From Octopus vulgaris (lineage: Eukaryota), in NCBI GenBank assembly GCA_951406725.2, contig OX597817.1, positions 164,362,001 to 164,426,000 on the forward strand: a DNA stretch of 64,000 nucleotides. Reading direction: 5' to 3'. The notes under the pieces were generated by a model. The model did not search any database, was not told the DNA's origin, and saw only the letters and a program-made list of their open reading frames with translations. Of this stretch, positions 24,544 through 38,699 are shown one piece after another (position 1 is the stretch's first letter; each line of letters begins with the position of its first letter). A program made the translations under genes and the position numbers.

Positions 24544-24999
24544 ATCTCATCTCACCATTCAGAAAAGGCCACCTGACTGATTGATATAAAGCCTCTGGGC
24601 CCACAGATGTGCTGACCCTTCTCTCTACCTTTTCTAACCTTACTTTAATCACATCTGCTCCTTGCAACTGCCTGGACTTGTTCAACCTCTTAGTCCTTTC
24701 TCTGATCATCGCCCTTCTTTCCCAGAATATCATTCCTCTGGAATCCTCTCTTTGCTTACTAAACTAAAAGCATTTTCAGTATGTTACCTCTGTGTCATTC
24801 AATCACTATTTGATGTATCTATCCCATTCCAATTTTTGTTTGATATATCTCTATCTCATCTGCCCTGTACTTCTGACACCTCACCTATTATGCTCTCATT
24901 ATCAGTTCAGTTTTAGAAGTATTAGTTGGTTATTTTCACATTCATCTTTATATTTAGACCTCTTCTCAGCTTTGTACAGTAAATCCAATGGCTCATTCT

Positions 25000-26500
25000 A
25001 AATGTTACTATCCAACAATTGTATATATTCTAACTTTATTGCCTGAGATTCACTTCACAGCTTTTACTTACATTTGATTTGAACATCAACTACACCGATC
25101 CACATGTAGTAAAGGCCATCAATGCTGTGCCTCCTCTGAGCCAATCATTTTAAAAATGTGTTCCTGTTATACAGACAGAGAAGCTTTTTATTACTACTGT
25201 CAGAATCAGTGGTTCTCTCTTGAACCTGGTTAAAATGACACTACTTGCTCAAACTACTGCACTGGTTTTCAATACCATAGAAGTTATGCAAGCAGCTGTT
25301 AACAACCACATCCTTCATTTTCTTGACCTATCTTAGTGATTGCACTCATGGCTTGTTCTCCTATATCTCACATCAATAATCTCTCACCTTTGAGAATTTC
25401 AGAAAAATTCAGGTTATCCTTAGTTTTAACAAAGGTTTTAACATGTCTGCCATAAAAATTCCATCACTAAGTTGATTGCATATGGTCTACATTTGTCTTC
25501 AGTTTCTTATTTCTTTACTGCCCACAAGGGGCTACACACAGAGGGAACAAACAAGGACAGACAAATGGATTGTCGATTATATCGACCCAGTGCGTAACTG
25601 GTACTTATTCAATTGACCCCGAAAGGATGAAAGGCAAAGTCAACCTCAGCAGAATTTGAACTCAGAACATAGCGGCAGATGAAATACTGCTAAGCATTTC
25701 GCCCGGCGTGCTAACATTTCTGCCAGCTCACCTACATTTGTCTTTCATTTCTTGACATACTGTGTGCTAATAGGGCCCTCTCCAACCCATATTCTACCTA
25801 CTCTGTTGTACCACAAATTTTTATGATGTTACTTACATTCTTTCTTGTATGCAATAATTACTTACCTGCTGTCACTTCTAACAACACTTACCTTCCTATG
25901 CATCTTCCACTTCTCTCTAACTTTTTTTGGTGCAAGTGTCATGAACATAAAGCCTAAATACCTCATGCTGCATCCATAAATAGGTATCTCAAAACCATTT
26001 TCCAACAGGAAAATAATAATCTCATCTTCAACGATACAAAACACTAAACACTATCGTATGTATATCGATATAACTAATTTGTAACTTAGTCCCCATACAT
26101 ACCAACAACATGCAAATTTTGAAAGGTTATGACTGATGCTTGGTGTCTCAATCTCTGAGAATCTCTTATGATGACTTCACATCTATAATTTTATCAAAAC
26201 TGCATCCCAATAACTTGGAATCTGTTTTAGAGCCAGAAAATATTTCGGATTTCGGCCCTCTACAAAATGCAAATAAAACCCATATTGGAGAACTCTCAAA
26301 TACATGGGATAGTATTGTTATTTCTACAACATCCCAAAATATATTGTCATGAGTTATTCAACTACTAAGAGTATATATGTTATTGCACTAATAGCTAAAG
26401 GGTTTTTAGTTAAACCTCAGTGTAAGCATTTTTTTAAAACTCTCGTGTATTTAGGCAGACCACGTAATTCTAAATGTGTCAGTTTACCTTGCAGTCTGAA
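25000..26500 (+). mobile_element. Decayed CR1/Jockey-like LINE RT region, split by a SINE
   Basis: Degenerate motifs such as 'LSDCTHG' and 'LSFNKGF...KLIAYG' around 25330-25490. Same type of relic as 1-600. Confidence 0.5.
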
Positions 26501-29500
26501 AACAGATACTAGATTACCTGGGAATGTTACTTGTCACATTGTTATTTCAAGAGGATGTTAAGTGGTTGAAACAAATATTTTAACTGGACTTCAGCATTAA
26601 CTTCTATGTTATGTCTCAGGTAAATGGTTTAAGACCTGCCACTGAAACACAATTAAACATATACAGGACAGATGTAAGATATGTATAGATTTATTCTGAT
26701 TTGTTGAGCAGAAGTGCTCAACATATTCACTATATCTTCATTTAAGCTTTTCTCAGAAGCATGCCTGTTATCAAAAACATTCTAGCCATGATCATTTCAT
26801 CTTTTATTCAATCGTAGTGCATCCAGAGTCATATTATCCAATGTCCTTCTGTCTGCTTTTAAAATTGTTGAGTTTTATTTCGCTGTTATTTCTAGCTGTT
26901 CAAGTGATCAGATAGAAACATCCTCATTGTTCTTATCCTAGGTGAAGGGAAATAGTTTCAACCAAGAACTGAAACTGGATGCAATTTGTATTTCTCTCTC
27001 TTCACTTCCTAATGAGTTTATACTTTCGTCAGTTATGAACATCTAAGGTGTTATATCATTGCTAGTATTGAAAACTTATTATTAAGGAGACAAGCTAGCA
27101 GAATCATCGGCACACCAGACAAAATGCTTAGTAGCATTTCATCCATCTTTATGTTCAGAGTTCAAATTCTGCTGAGGTTGGCTTTACCTTTCATCTTTTC
27201 AGGGTCGATAAAAGAAGTACCAGTTGAGTACTGCGGTCAATATAATTGATTATCCCTTTCCCCCAAAAATTTCAAGCCTTATGCCTATATTAGAAAGCAT
27301 TACTATTATATGAAAAATCCCAGCTTTATTTTGCTGAGTATGATGGAAAGTGTCGGTTGCCCGTAGCCAGCAGGCTAAGGTGACACTTGTTTACTGGTCA
27401 TGCTTCAAAAACCCTGCGAAGAATTCTTGCAGGTTCAAGCAATGCTGATTTTTGTAGTTGTTCTATTTTTATATTTATTCAATTATTATTTTTTTTGGTG
27501 GGGGGAGCCATATTGGTAGTTGGGTAGTGTTACTTCCAAGTGCACCAATCACTATTTGTATTGTTTCCACTTTCTTCATTGCCTACAACCTGCGTATTAC
27601 TCACCTCAATTTGTTGTTGTTATGATGATGATGATGATGATGATTTCATCCAAGGCTTACTGACAACACAATCTTTTATGGTTTCAAGTATTACTACAAA
27701 ACTAGCTGCTTCTTTACTAGCCCTTCCATAGACTGTATTTGAAATGTGCATTTGTTATTCTTGAGTCCATTCATTTCAGTTACACTTGTAATGTGTCTCC
27801 AACTATGTCACTCCACTTTGCATACTTCTCTTCCAGAATAAACAAAGAAACCCTATGTAGTTGATTGGCCTGCTAGAAATATCTCCAATAGCAAGGTGGC
27901 GAGCTGGCAGAAATGTTAGCACGCCGGACGAAATGCTTAGCAGTATTTCATCTATCGTTACGTTCTGAGTTCAAATTCCGCCGAGGTCGACTTTGTCTTT
28001 TATCCTTTCAGGGTCGATAAATTAAGTACCAGTTATGCCCTGGGACTGATGTAATCAACTTAATCCCTTTGTCTGTCCTTGTTTGTCCCCTGTGTGTTTA
28101 GCCCCTTGTGGGCAATGCAATAAAGAAATAGCTCCAATATCTTCTACCATCTTTAAAAATAAAAGAAAACATTGGATAAGGTAGTCCTCTCTAATAGACT
28201 GTATGATGACAGCTGGAGTACCTTTCTTGATAGATATGCTGGTTGGCCTGAGGTTAACAACAAAAGATCAGGAGCTTTCTTTTGTGGGCCAGAATCAGGC
28301 AACATGTTTCAATGTGGTTTTTGTTATCTGCATCATATCTTCAGCCTCTCAGCATATCTACACAGAGCAAATCTTCACAATCTTCACACTACCCAAATAT
28401 ATACTTGGCAATCCATCTCTACTGAGCTGCATCCAGCCCATACCAAGCTTGGAAGATTTGTGACCTTGTTCCAAGTTATGTACAGGATCTTATAAAGACA
28501 GTATTACTGTTCTGTTAGTTGTAAGGTGACAGCACAACATAAAGGAATGGAGCTACAACATGACTGCTAGAAATAGTAACCAAATTTCCTTCAAACTACA
28601 GTCCATTATTTTGTAAAAAGGAAAGTAACTGTAGTTCTTAATGCCCCTAAAGAGATGAAATGGTCGTGACTGGAATGCTTTTGATTATAAATTTTCTGAA
28701 TCAAGGCTAAACTAATCAACAATAATTTTGTAATTGCTAAATTTCTCTCAAATCAATTGTACCAACCTGCCTGAAATAGTACAAATGTCTTGTCTTCAAA
28801 AGTTCTGAATTAAAATCTTCCACCAAACCTTAGTCACAATTTATGTTCCAAACACTAGCTTAATGATAACTAAGTTAATTTACTAAATTCTTTGTTATAT
28901 TTAAAATCAATTTAAAGAAACAGAGCATCTCAACAGAAATATGGTGACAAAAGGATTAAACAAGACACGTCGGATAATGTAGTCTTAGAAACTCCTAGAG
29001 ATAGATGTTTATGGCTAAAAGCCAAAATTCTTATGTACAGTGCATCTTCTTGTGTGTGATTCATCCTGTGATTTAAAACACCAGCACGTAAATAGCCTAA
29101 ACGTGTCATGTTTTAAACAGAGAGAGAGACCAATAAACCTGTTTTGAACTGTCTTTATACATATCTCTATGGCCCCCATGTATGTACTTCGAGCAGATTC
29201 TACATCTTTATTGAAGTATTTAAAATCTCTTCTCCAAAGAAATAGAAAAATCTACCGCTACTGTGTTCATTTTTGAAATAGGCTTTTTAACCCTTTAGTG
29301 TTCAGATTATTCTATCAAACATAATGCTTATTGATTCCCATTGATTTGAATTAATCATGCATTTTCTCATATCTTCAAGATCTTGATGGTGTAATTACTT
29401 AATGTAGAATAACATTGTAGGGTTGGTGTGAGAGCCTAGATCTGGTCAGTTTGAACATAAAACAGATTAAATATTGTGGCCGGATATGGCCGGTTTAAAT

Positions 29501-29735
29501 ACTAAAGGGTTAAGGCCATCAACTCAACAAGCAACACATAGAACCTTTCAAAGACCATTCAGTCATCTATTCAGTTTAGATATCTCATTCAGTTAGTGTT
29601 TCTTGTTTTTTTGGGGTTTTTTTTTATTGCAGTGACAAAAAGAATTGCCATAGTGTCTAGTCAATTTCCTTTCGTTCTGTTTTCTCTTGTGTTTTTCTGT
29701 ATTTCTACACTTATTTCACAAGGGATATAACATCT

Positions 29736-29736
<1 letters not shown>

Positions 29737-29808
<72 letters not shown>
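29737..29808. repeat. (CT)n microsatellite
   Basis: Direct inspection. Confidence 0.95.
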
Positions 29809-29813
<5 letters not shown>

Positions 29814-31444
29814 TCTTACCCCTGCACAAAAGAACCTTGGAAAAAAAATCAATGTGCTGACAACAGTCTATTTAAAAACAAGCCTGACTTGATTTTTTTT
29901 AAAGCTATATTTTTAAAATCTGAAATTAACCTGCTGCTTAGTTCAGTTTAAAGTAGTTTTTATTTATTTAATGTTGATCTCAACATTTAAAAAAAATAAT
30001 GTTTCAGTTATCTGCATTGCTTTATTACCACATCTTAAACAAGTAGGCGCAGGAGTGGCTGTGTGGTAAGTAGCTTGCTTACGAACTACATGGTTCTGGG
30101 TTCAGTCCCACTGCGTGGCACCTTGGGCAAGTGTCTTCTACTATAGCCTCGGGGCCAACCAAAGCCTTGTGAGTGGATTTGGTAGACGGAAACTGAAAGA
30201 AGCCTGTCGTATATATGTATATATATATATGTGTGTGTGCGTGTATGTTTGTGTGTCTGTGTTTGTCCCCCTAGCATTGCTTGACAACCGATGCTGGTGT
30301 GTTTATGTCCCCGCCACTTAGCAGTTCGGCAAAAGAGACCGATAGAATAAGTACTGGGCTTAAAAAGAATAAGTCCTGGGTTTGAGTTGCTCGATTAAAG
30401 GCGGTGCTCCAGCATGGCCACAGTCAAATGACTGAAACAAGTAAAAAGAGAAAGGGAAAAAGTCAAAGAAGGAGCCACTGCCTGGCTACTCAACCTTTTA
30501 GGAATAACAATTATATTTCCCTCAAGTAACACAATTATCTTTAAAAAATAAAAAAAGGGCATATTTCATAATGCGGTCTTGGATGCACGAACCACTTCTT
30601 GTAGATGAGTAGATAGATTCTGGGACCACCTGTATATTTGTCATTAGTTTTAATGTACTGTAAGCATTCGTTAAGCTTTGGGCAGAACTGTTTAGTCTAC
30701 ATTATCTTCTGTTTACCTAGAATGTTATCTCTGATAGAAGAACATCCTAACCCAAAAATATGTGGCCGTGTGGTTAAGAAGTTCACTTTGCAACCAAATG
30801 GTTTCAGGTTTAGTCCCACTACACTGCACTTTGGACAAGTGTTTTCTATAGCTCCAGACTGACCAATGCTTTGTGAACAAATTTGGTAGAGGGAAACTAT
30901 ATGGAAACCCATCACATACACACACGTGTTGGTTCCTCCCGCCCCATCACTTCAGAACCAGTGTTGGTTCCTCCCACCCCATCACTTCAGAACTAGTTTT
31001 TGTTCCTCCTTCCCCATCACTTCAAAACCAGTATTGGTTTGTTTATATTCCAATAACTTAGCAGTTCACCAGCAGAGACAATAAAATAAGTACCAGACTT
31101 AATATAAGTACTTGGTTTGATGTGTTTGAGTAAAATCTTCCAAAACAGTGCCCCTGCATGGCTGTAATCAAATGACTAAAAAATAAAGTAAAAGATCTTT
31201 TGTCTGCTATACACCATAATAACCAGAGCCAAGCATTGGCTGTCATCAACATATCTTCAAGGATTAGGTGACATTTATGTTATTTATAGTGATAGTTATT
31301 TATTGTACATTATAGTATGATGTTAGCAGTCTACCAGTCTCCTAATATAATAATGTGCGTAGTGTTTTTATATATTCGACCAGACGCAGAGGAGGTGAGA
31401 AAACAGTAATTCAGTGAAGGAGAAGTAGTGAGAGTAATAGCCCT

Positions 31445-31482
<38 letters not shown>

Positions 31483-33106
31483 AACGCACACAAACATGCA
31501 TGCTCACACAAACACGCATGCTCACACACACACACACACACAGAGAAACACACACACTCTCTTGGTCTCTTCCTCTCTCTCTCTATCTCACCAGGTGACT
31601 ATGTACCTCCTCTAAAGCAAGACATCTATTTCTGCCACTTTGTCTGTATCACTCTAACCTTTCACCAACGGACACAAGATCACCTCCAAATGCCCCACCC
31701 CTCTCCTCTCAAAATTCTTTGTCTTGCAAGTTACTTGGTGACCCTGCTAGTGCTGGTGTCACATAAGAAGCATGCAGTCCACACCAAAGCAGTTGGCATT
31801 TGGAAGATCATACAGCTGTAAAAACCATGACAAAACTGACCTCACCTGTGCTGGTGCCTCATAAAAAACACTCAGTCCACTGTTAAGTGGTTGGCATTTA
31901 GAAAGGCATCCAGCCGTAAAAACCATGCCAAAACAGACATAGTTGCCTGGTGTAGTCTTCTACCTGGCCAGCTCCTGTCAAACTCATGTCAGCATGGAAG
32001 GCAGATGTTAAATGGTGATGACACACAATGGGTTTCTTCTAGTTTCTTATTTCTTTTATTGCCCACAAGGGGCTAAACATAGAGGGACAAACAAGGACAG
32101 ACAATGAGATTAAGTTGATTACATCGACCCCAGTGCATAACTGGTACTTAATTTATCGACCCCAAAAGGATAAAAGGCAAAGTCGACCTCGGCGGAATTT
32201 GAACTCGGAATGTAGCGGCAGACGAAATACCACCAAGCATTTCGCCCGCTGTGCTAATGTTTCTGCCAGCTCGCTGCCTTCTGGTGAATCAGACATGTCA
32301 CACACACAGTTATATGCTGTAAAAAAATTGTAAACGCCTTGGGTTTCTTCTAGTTTCTATCTACCAAATCCACTTTACAAGGCTTTGGCCAGTCCAGGTC
32401 TATAGTAGAAGATACTTTCCCCAATGTGCAACACAGTGGGATTGAACCCAAGACTTCATAGTTAGAAACCAAGCCTCTTAACACAGCCCTGGTTGTACTT
32501 ACCTAAAATGACATTAAAAGCCAATATATTGGATTATAATAGACTTGCTGCTCCTTTGGCAGTTGTGCAACACTGCATGTTACGCATGATAATGCAAGGT
32601 ATTTCAAACAGTTTAGGTACAAAGTCAAAAAATCAAAATGATTACGATAAAATTTCATTATCCATGAAATTTTATGGAACATTATTGGTTATTTACTTCA
32701 AATTGCATTATAATATAATCTACTGCTTCTGTCAAATATTATCTCATCACTTCTTTCTATCATCAATCTGATGTAATGCATTGCTGGTTTATTTAGTCTA
32801 AATCATATTATAATGTCAACTGTCTACCACTTCTGTCAAATGAAGCCAATGGAAAGCTTTTAGAATTTAAAGAAAAGGAAAATTCAAGTGTTTGCTGGTG
32901 TATCTTTAGTTCATTTCCAACCAACCTGACTAGCTATAATGGACTTTTAGTCTTTCTCTGCTCTTATTTATTACTCAGTTGGCAGTACACCATTGTTGAT
33001 ATAATTTACATGTAGAAGATTGAATATAAACGCTTACTGTTTGCATAGAGAGCAATATAGAAAGTTTATGTTTCAAGAAGTAAACACATTTATACCCACA
33101 CATTCA

Positions 33107-33150
<44 letters not shown>

Positions 33151-36140
33151 CGTGTGCGTGCGTGCGTGCATACACACACACACATGTAGCTTGCCATTGA
33201 TTATCAGTAGAGAAACAAATTTCAAAATATTACATATGCTTCCTTATGGTATGTATTGCTATTAAGTATATTGTTTATAAGTTTATAATATATATTAGTA
33301 TTACACAGCACGTTACAAATTTCCAAATGTCATTGATGACCCTTGAAGCTTTTTTTTTCTTTTTTTTTTATACATAATCAGAGAAGAGCAGTGCCCACAG
33401 TCCTTTATAGAGCCTCTTGAGACTAGCAAGAGGGGTAGGAAGGTATCCTCAGACTGGATACATAACCAAAATGTTTGCAACAAATGATTTCGATTAAAGA
33501 TACTGAAAGACAGGTCATAGATTAAGTCAACCAATCCAGTAGTCTACGGCAGGATTTGAACTTGGAATGCTAAGATCTAGAGGAAATACCACAAGGGATC
33601 CTATTCAATGCTGAAACGATTCTGCCAGTCCACCACTCTAGACTGATACTTTAGTTACCAGCTCTGGAAGAATGTAAGGCAAAGTTGACCTTGCATGTAT
33701 TTGAAACCAGAATGCAGGCCAGAATAAATAGCACAAGGCAATCAGTTATAACCCCCCCCTCCACCTAGTCATTACTTCCCATCTAGCTTTTATAATACAT
33801 CATTTTCATTATCTAAGACAATGGAATTTAAATTATTGCAACTTACAACAGAAATATCTTCTGTTATTCAGTTTTTATTTATGTCTAGCATTAATTAACT
33901 TTCCTTTATGAAGTTCATTAATTGTATAATTATCCTTATTTCAATCATAATTACACACACACACACACACAAACACATCAATTTTACATCTGCTTTTCCA
34001 TAAGGGAATGGATTGAGTGCTTGGTAATATTGTCATGGTCCAAATCATCTTACACTTAGTAACAGAGATCAGCCCACTTTGGTGTGGTATGCTGCCAACA
34101 CTAGAGAGACTGCTATTCCATTTTGAGCATGGATACCCTTGTTATTACCAACCACTTTACAGTGTACCAGAATGCATTTTATTATATCACCAGCATTACA
34201 AGTGGTTGCCCTATGTGAAGAGGACCAAAAATCTCCACTACTCTGTATCGGTTCTTATTCAGTTACTGCCCTTTAAGACAGACTTGTAAAGTCCAGATCT
34301 CATTCATATGTTCCTTTGATTCAGAAGATGAAGGCTTTATCTATCAAATGGAAATGACAAGGTGGAGATTTGATGTGCCTTGACAAAAAAAAAAGTTGTC
34401 TTTGTTACATGGATATAAATAGAAAGAAAGCTATGGAAAAGGGAGCTACAGAGATATTGTTGATGCGAGTGGGGCTGTCTCTAGATAGGTATATCAAGAA
34501 GCTGCAAGCAAGTTGTACATTTGATGACAAAGGCAGGTGATGTTCTTTTATTCTCTCATCTGGTTTAACATCACTACTTGACTCTTATTTGCCTTTAACA
34601 AAGTTCACTTCATTACAAGCATTCAGGCCAGGTCACCAATCAGAAAATAATTCAATATCTTGATGTGCTCTTTCTTACTGCATCCAACAACTCATGTGGT
34701 GAGGTCTCTTCCTCCCTTTCTCTTTGTCAGTCTTGGAGTTAATACAGTAAAGTCATGAGTGCTGCCTTTTTCACTCTTGACTGAGCCATAACAAAAACTT
34801 ATGGCAGAATTTGAACTCTTGATCTGTAGATCACTGGATATTTTCAGAAAAGCTTAACTATTCTTGATCAGACATTTACATGTGCCTGTGTAAACATGTT
34901 ATTACTTAGATAATTGTGAGTGTGCCAATATTTAGAGTTGATTCTGGACAAATTTTTACCACCTTTCATCATCCTCATAATCATTTGATATCCATGTTCC
35001 ATGCTAGCATGGGTTGGATGGTTTTACAGCACCCAATGAGCCCCAAGGGCTGCATCATGCTCCAGTGTTTGCTTTGGCATGGGTTTTATGACTGAATGCC
35101 TTTCCTAACACCAACCACTTTACAGTGTGTACTGGGTGCTTCTCTTCATGATACCAACACTAGTGAGATCATAATGAAGTTTACATGACTACAAACCCCA
35201 AGGGTCTACTTTTATGCTAGGTGATGAAGAGTATGAGAGAAAAAAGTTGGACTAGAACAGGTTTTTTGCTGAAGAGGAGTTACCTTCAAGATTCAAGGCA
35301 GGTAGGAGTGGGTAGAGCAGAGGGGCCACAAATAAGTGTTGGGGAGTAGGTGATGTCTCTTTCTCTAATAATCATCGACAACTCAGTCTGTTACTCTCAG
35401 CCTTTAATACTTGACTGCTACCTATTCTATCAACCTTAAAATGGTGAAAGGCAAGGTTTGAAATCCATATATAAGGGAGTGTAACTAAATACTGCGCGAT
35501 TTTATTTGTAAACCACTCTACCACTTCTGCCCTCCATCATCATCTATTTACAATAATATAATTGCTGTGTTTTTCCAACCGTGGTGTTTTTGCTCCATTT
35601 ATTTGCCCCATTACCTATTCCCTCCCTCCTGTTGTAGCTGTAGCCAGGCAATTATTAACAATAGCATTTAGTTGCTATCAACAGTCTAAGTAACTGAACT
35701 GGTGATCTCCACCTTATTACAGATCAATAATCTACGTCTATTCATTGGCTCGTTCAGCTTCACTAAATACTGTTACTTTCCAGTTGAGTTAGAATTACAA
35801 AATGGTTCCATCTTTAATAGCAGTATACATTGTTTGCCTTAATTTATATGTGATTCCAGAACAATCTAGTAAAATATAGAAGGAAATTAGCTAATAGCTT
35901 ATGTGGTTTTTTGGGGGTGGTTTTTATAATAAAAGTACTTCATTTCTTCATACTTTGTAGAAAGATACAGAGCCAAACCTGAAATAATAAATTTCTTCTA
36001 CTACTTTTCTTATAGAATATAAAAAATTACGGAGATGTACTCGCATAGCAAGTAATTTGATCTGAGATCGTGGAAGGTGTTTATAAGCCATTTAAGAAAC
36101 ACACAAAAGCCGTTCGATTCACTTCAACATTTAAGTTTAA

Positions 36141-36190
36141 TTTGTCAAAATATTTTCGTCGCTAAAATCTGCGACCTGTTCACTGACAAA
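36141..36190 (-). ncRNA. Hammerhead ribozyme motif with G3:C8 swapped core
   Basis: Minus strand TTTGTCA-GTGAACA-G-GTCGC-AGATTTTA-GCGAC-GAAA-ATATT-T-TGACAAA: 7-bp stem I, 5-bp stem II and palindromic stem III. Confidence 0.65.
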
Positions 36191-37981
36191 AATCCGTGCT
36201 GCATCTCGGATGCAGCACGGATATAAAAAATTATTACTAAAATAAGACGGTGCCAGGTGAATGTTTCCATCTTCTGAGTTCAAATATTACCCAGATCAAC
36301 ATTAGTTTTCATTCTTCTGAAGTTGGTTAAAATATGTTCCAATCATATACCAAATTGATTTGGTCATTTGTCAAAATTGTTCAAAAACTCATACAATGTA
36401 AATTGAAATATCAGACTGAAAACAGAAGGAAGGCAGTTTAAATTTTGTCTTATTTCAGGTGTAATAACACTTCATCAGGAAAAAATGGAGGATGGGTGTT
36501 GAGCTGGTATCTTTTGCTCAGATATGTGGGAAGGGATTGTGACATGTACAGCATGGTATTGTTACACTGACCAGTTTGCCTCATGTAATTCTCACCTGTT
36601 GTTTGATGGTTTCAATTTAATAATGAATATGGCTTTTTTAATCCTTAAATTGCCTATGTTACATTCTGTTACTTTCCAGTTGAGTTAGAATTACAAAATG
36701 GTTCCATCACCATCATCATTGTTTAACCTCCGCTTTTCCATCTTGCATGGGTTGGATGGAATTTATTGAGGCACGTTTTCTGCAGTTGGTTGCCTTGTTT
36801 GTTACCAACCCTCACCCGTTTCTAGGTATGGTAATAGTTTCCCATGGCCAGACATGTTCTTGCAGAATATTGGAAATGAAGTACACTCACTGGGTGTGTG
36901 ACAGTGATACTCATTTACAACTACCATACTATGTCAAGACAAGGAGACACACACACACTCATATGACAGGCTTTTTATAGTTTCCATCTACCAAATCCAC
37001 TCACGAGACTGGTTGACCTGGGAACATAAGAGAAGACATTTTCCTAAGGTGGGACTAAACCCTAAACCATGTGATTGGGAAGCAAACTTCTTATCCACAG
37101 AGCCACATCCATGCCTAGGATGTTGACTGTAAAGTCCTGAGTGTGGCATTTCTCTGGGTATTTTTTGGATGATGTGTTTATTTGCACATGTTCTTTGATA
37201 CCAGTGTGTGTAGCTTTCAGATGGTGCTTCCTAAGAAGGAACTGCCACATTTACACTGAAACTACATTTAGTTGTTTGTGCTTTTTCAGTTTTCCATAGT
37301 GGCTCTTTTAGTTGTATTGCTCTGTATGAGCCTGAAGTTGTCAAGCCAACAAGTGATTTCTTAGCTCATTATGACAAGTTTAATCTGTTTCAGCAGTTGT
37401 GCAGACATGTGTTTCATACAACATAGCCTTCAGTTCTATATACATATTTCTTCTACCATTGTCTTTCCTTTAATCAATGATACGTACACCTGTCTCACCT
37501 GAACAATCAATCACAACAAAGCAGCCTCCATATAGATATTCTGCTTGCTAGAAATAGTAGCTAAATCTTCCCCATCATCATTTAACATCCGCTTTTTACA
37601 CTGGCATGGGTAGAACAGTTTGATAGGGAACCAGCAAGCCACGAGGCTGCATCGAGCTCCAATGTCATCTTTTGACATGGTTTTTAAGGCTAGATGCCCT
37701 TCCTGACACCAACCACTTCACAGTGTGTACTGAGTGCTTTTTTCAAGCCACAAGCACAACTGAGGTTGCCATGTAATTCATAAGATAGAAAAGAACAGAG
37801 AAGGAATTCTCTTGAAACCTAGTAAGGTATGTTGGATTCACACTGCCTGATTGGATTGCATTTATTTTTTCATGTCTTTCTGTAAAAAGTTCTCGTCACA
37901 TGGTACCATGTGATGGTACCATGTTAAAATCACCCATGCTGGTGTCACATAGAAAAGCACCCATACATGTGCCATATATAA

Positions 37982-38460
37982 AGGCACTTGTGCCTGTGCG
38001 ATGTAGGAAAGCACTCATGCCTGTGCGATGTAGGAAGACACTCGCGCCGGTGCCATGTAGGAAAGCACTCGCGCCGGTGCCATGTAGGAAAGCACTCGCG
38101 CCGGTGCCATGTAGGAAAGCACTCGCGCCGGTGCCATGTAGGAAGGCACTCGCGCCGGTGCCATGTAGGAAAGCACTCGCGCCGGTGCCATGTAGGAAGG
38201 CACTCGCGCCGGTGCCATGTAGGAAGGCACTCGCGCCGGTGCCATGTAGGAAAGCACTCGCGCCGGTGCCATGCAGGAAAGCACCCGCGCCGGTGCCATG
38301 CAGGGAAGCACCCACGCCAGTGCCATCTAGAAAAGCACCCGCACTGGTGCAACAAACCACCCATGCCTGTGCGATGTAGAGAAGCACTCGCATCGGTGCC
38401 ATGTGCAAACCACCCATGCCGGTGCGATGTAGAAAAGCACTCATGGCAGTGCCACATACA
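37982..38460. repeat. 27-bp minisatellite (GCACTCGCGCCGGTGCCATGTAGGAAA)n inside an RTE-tail repeat
   Basis: About 10 near-identical central units with degenerate flanking units. Confidence 0.93.
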
Positions 38461-38699
38461 AAGCACCTGTGTCGCGTATAAAGCAGCCAGCACACTCTGT
38501 AAAGTGGTTGGCATTAGGAAGGGCATCCAGTCATAGAGTGTATGCCAAAGCAGACATTTACAGCCTGGGTAGCTCTCTGGCTGGCCAACTCCTGTCAAGT
38601 CACCCAACCCATGCCAGCATGGAAAACAGGCATCAAATGAGGCTGATGCTATTCTCTCAGAACATCAGTTAAACGGTTATATGATACTATTTTGACATC

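Noticed and set aside
37209-37267. Hairpin containing TTTCAGATGGTG, reminiscent of a mir-29 star arm
   Set aside because: The 3' arm lacks the AGCACCA seed and has a large bulge.
37896-38607. Five overlapping ORFs of 103-220 aa
   Set aside because: They arise from a stop-free 27-bp minisatellite and are open on both strands, with no gene structure.
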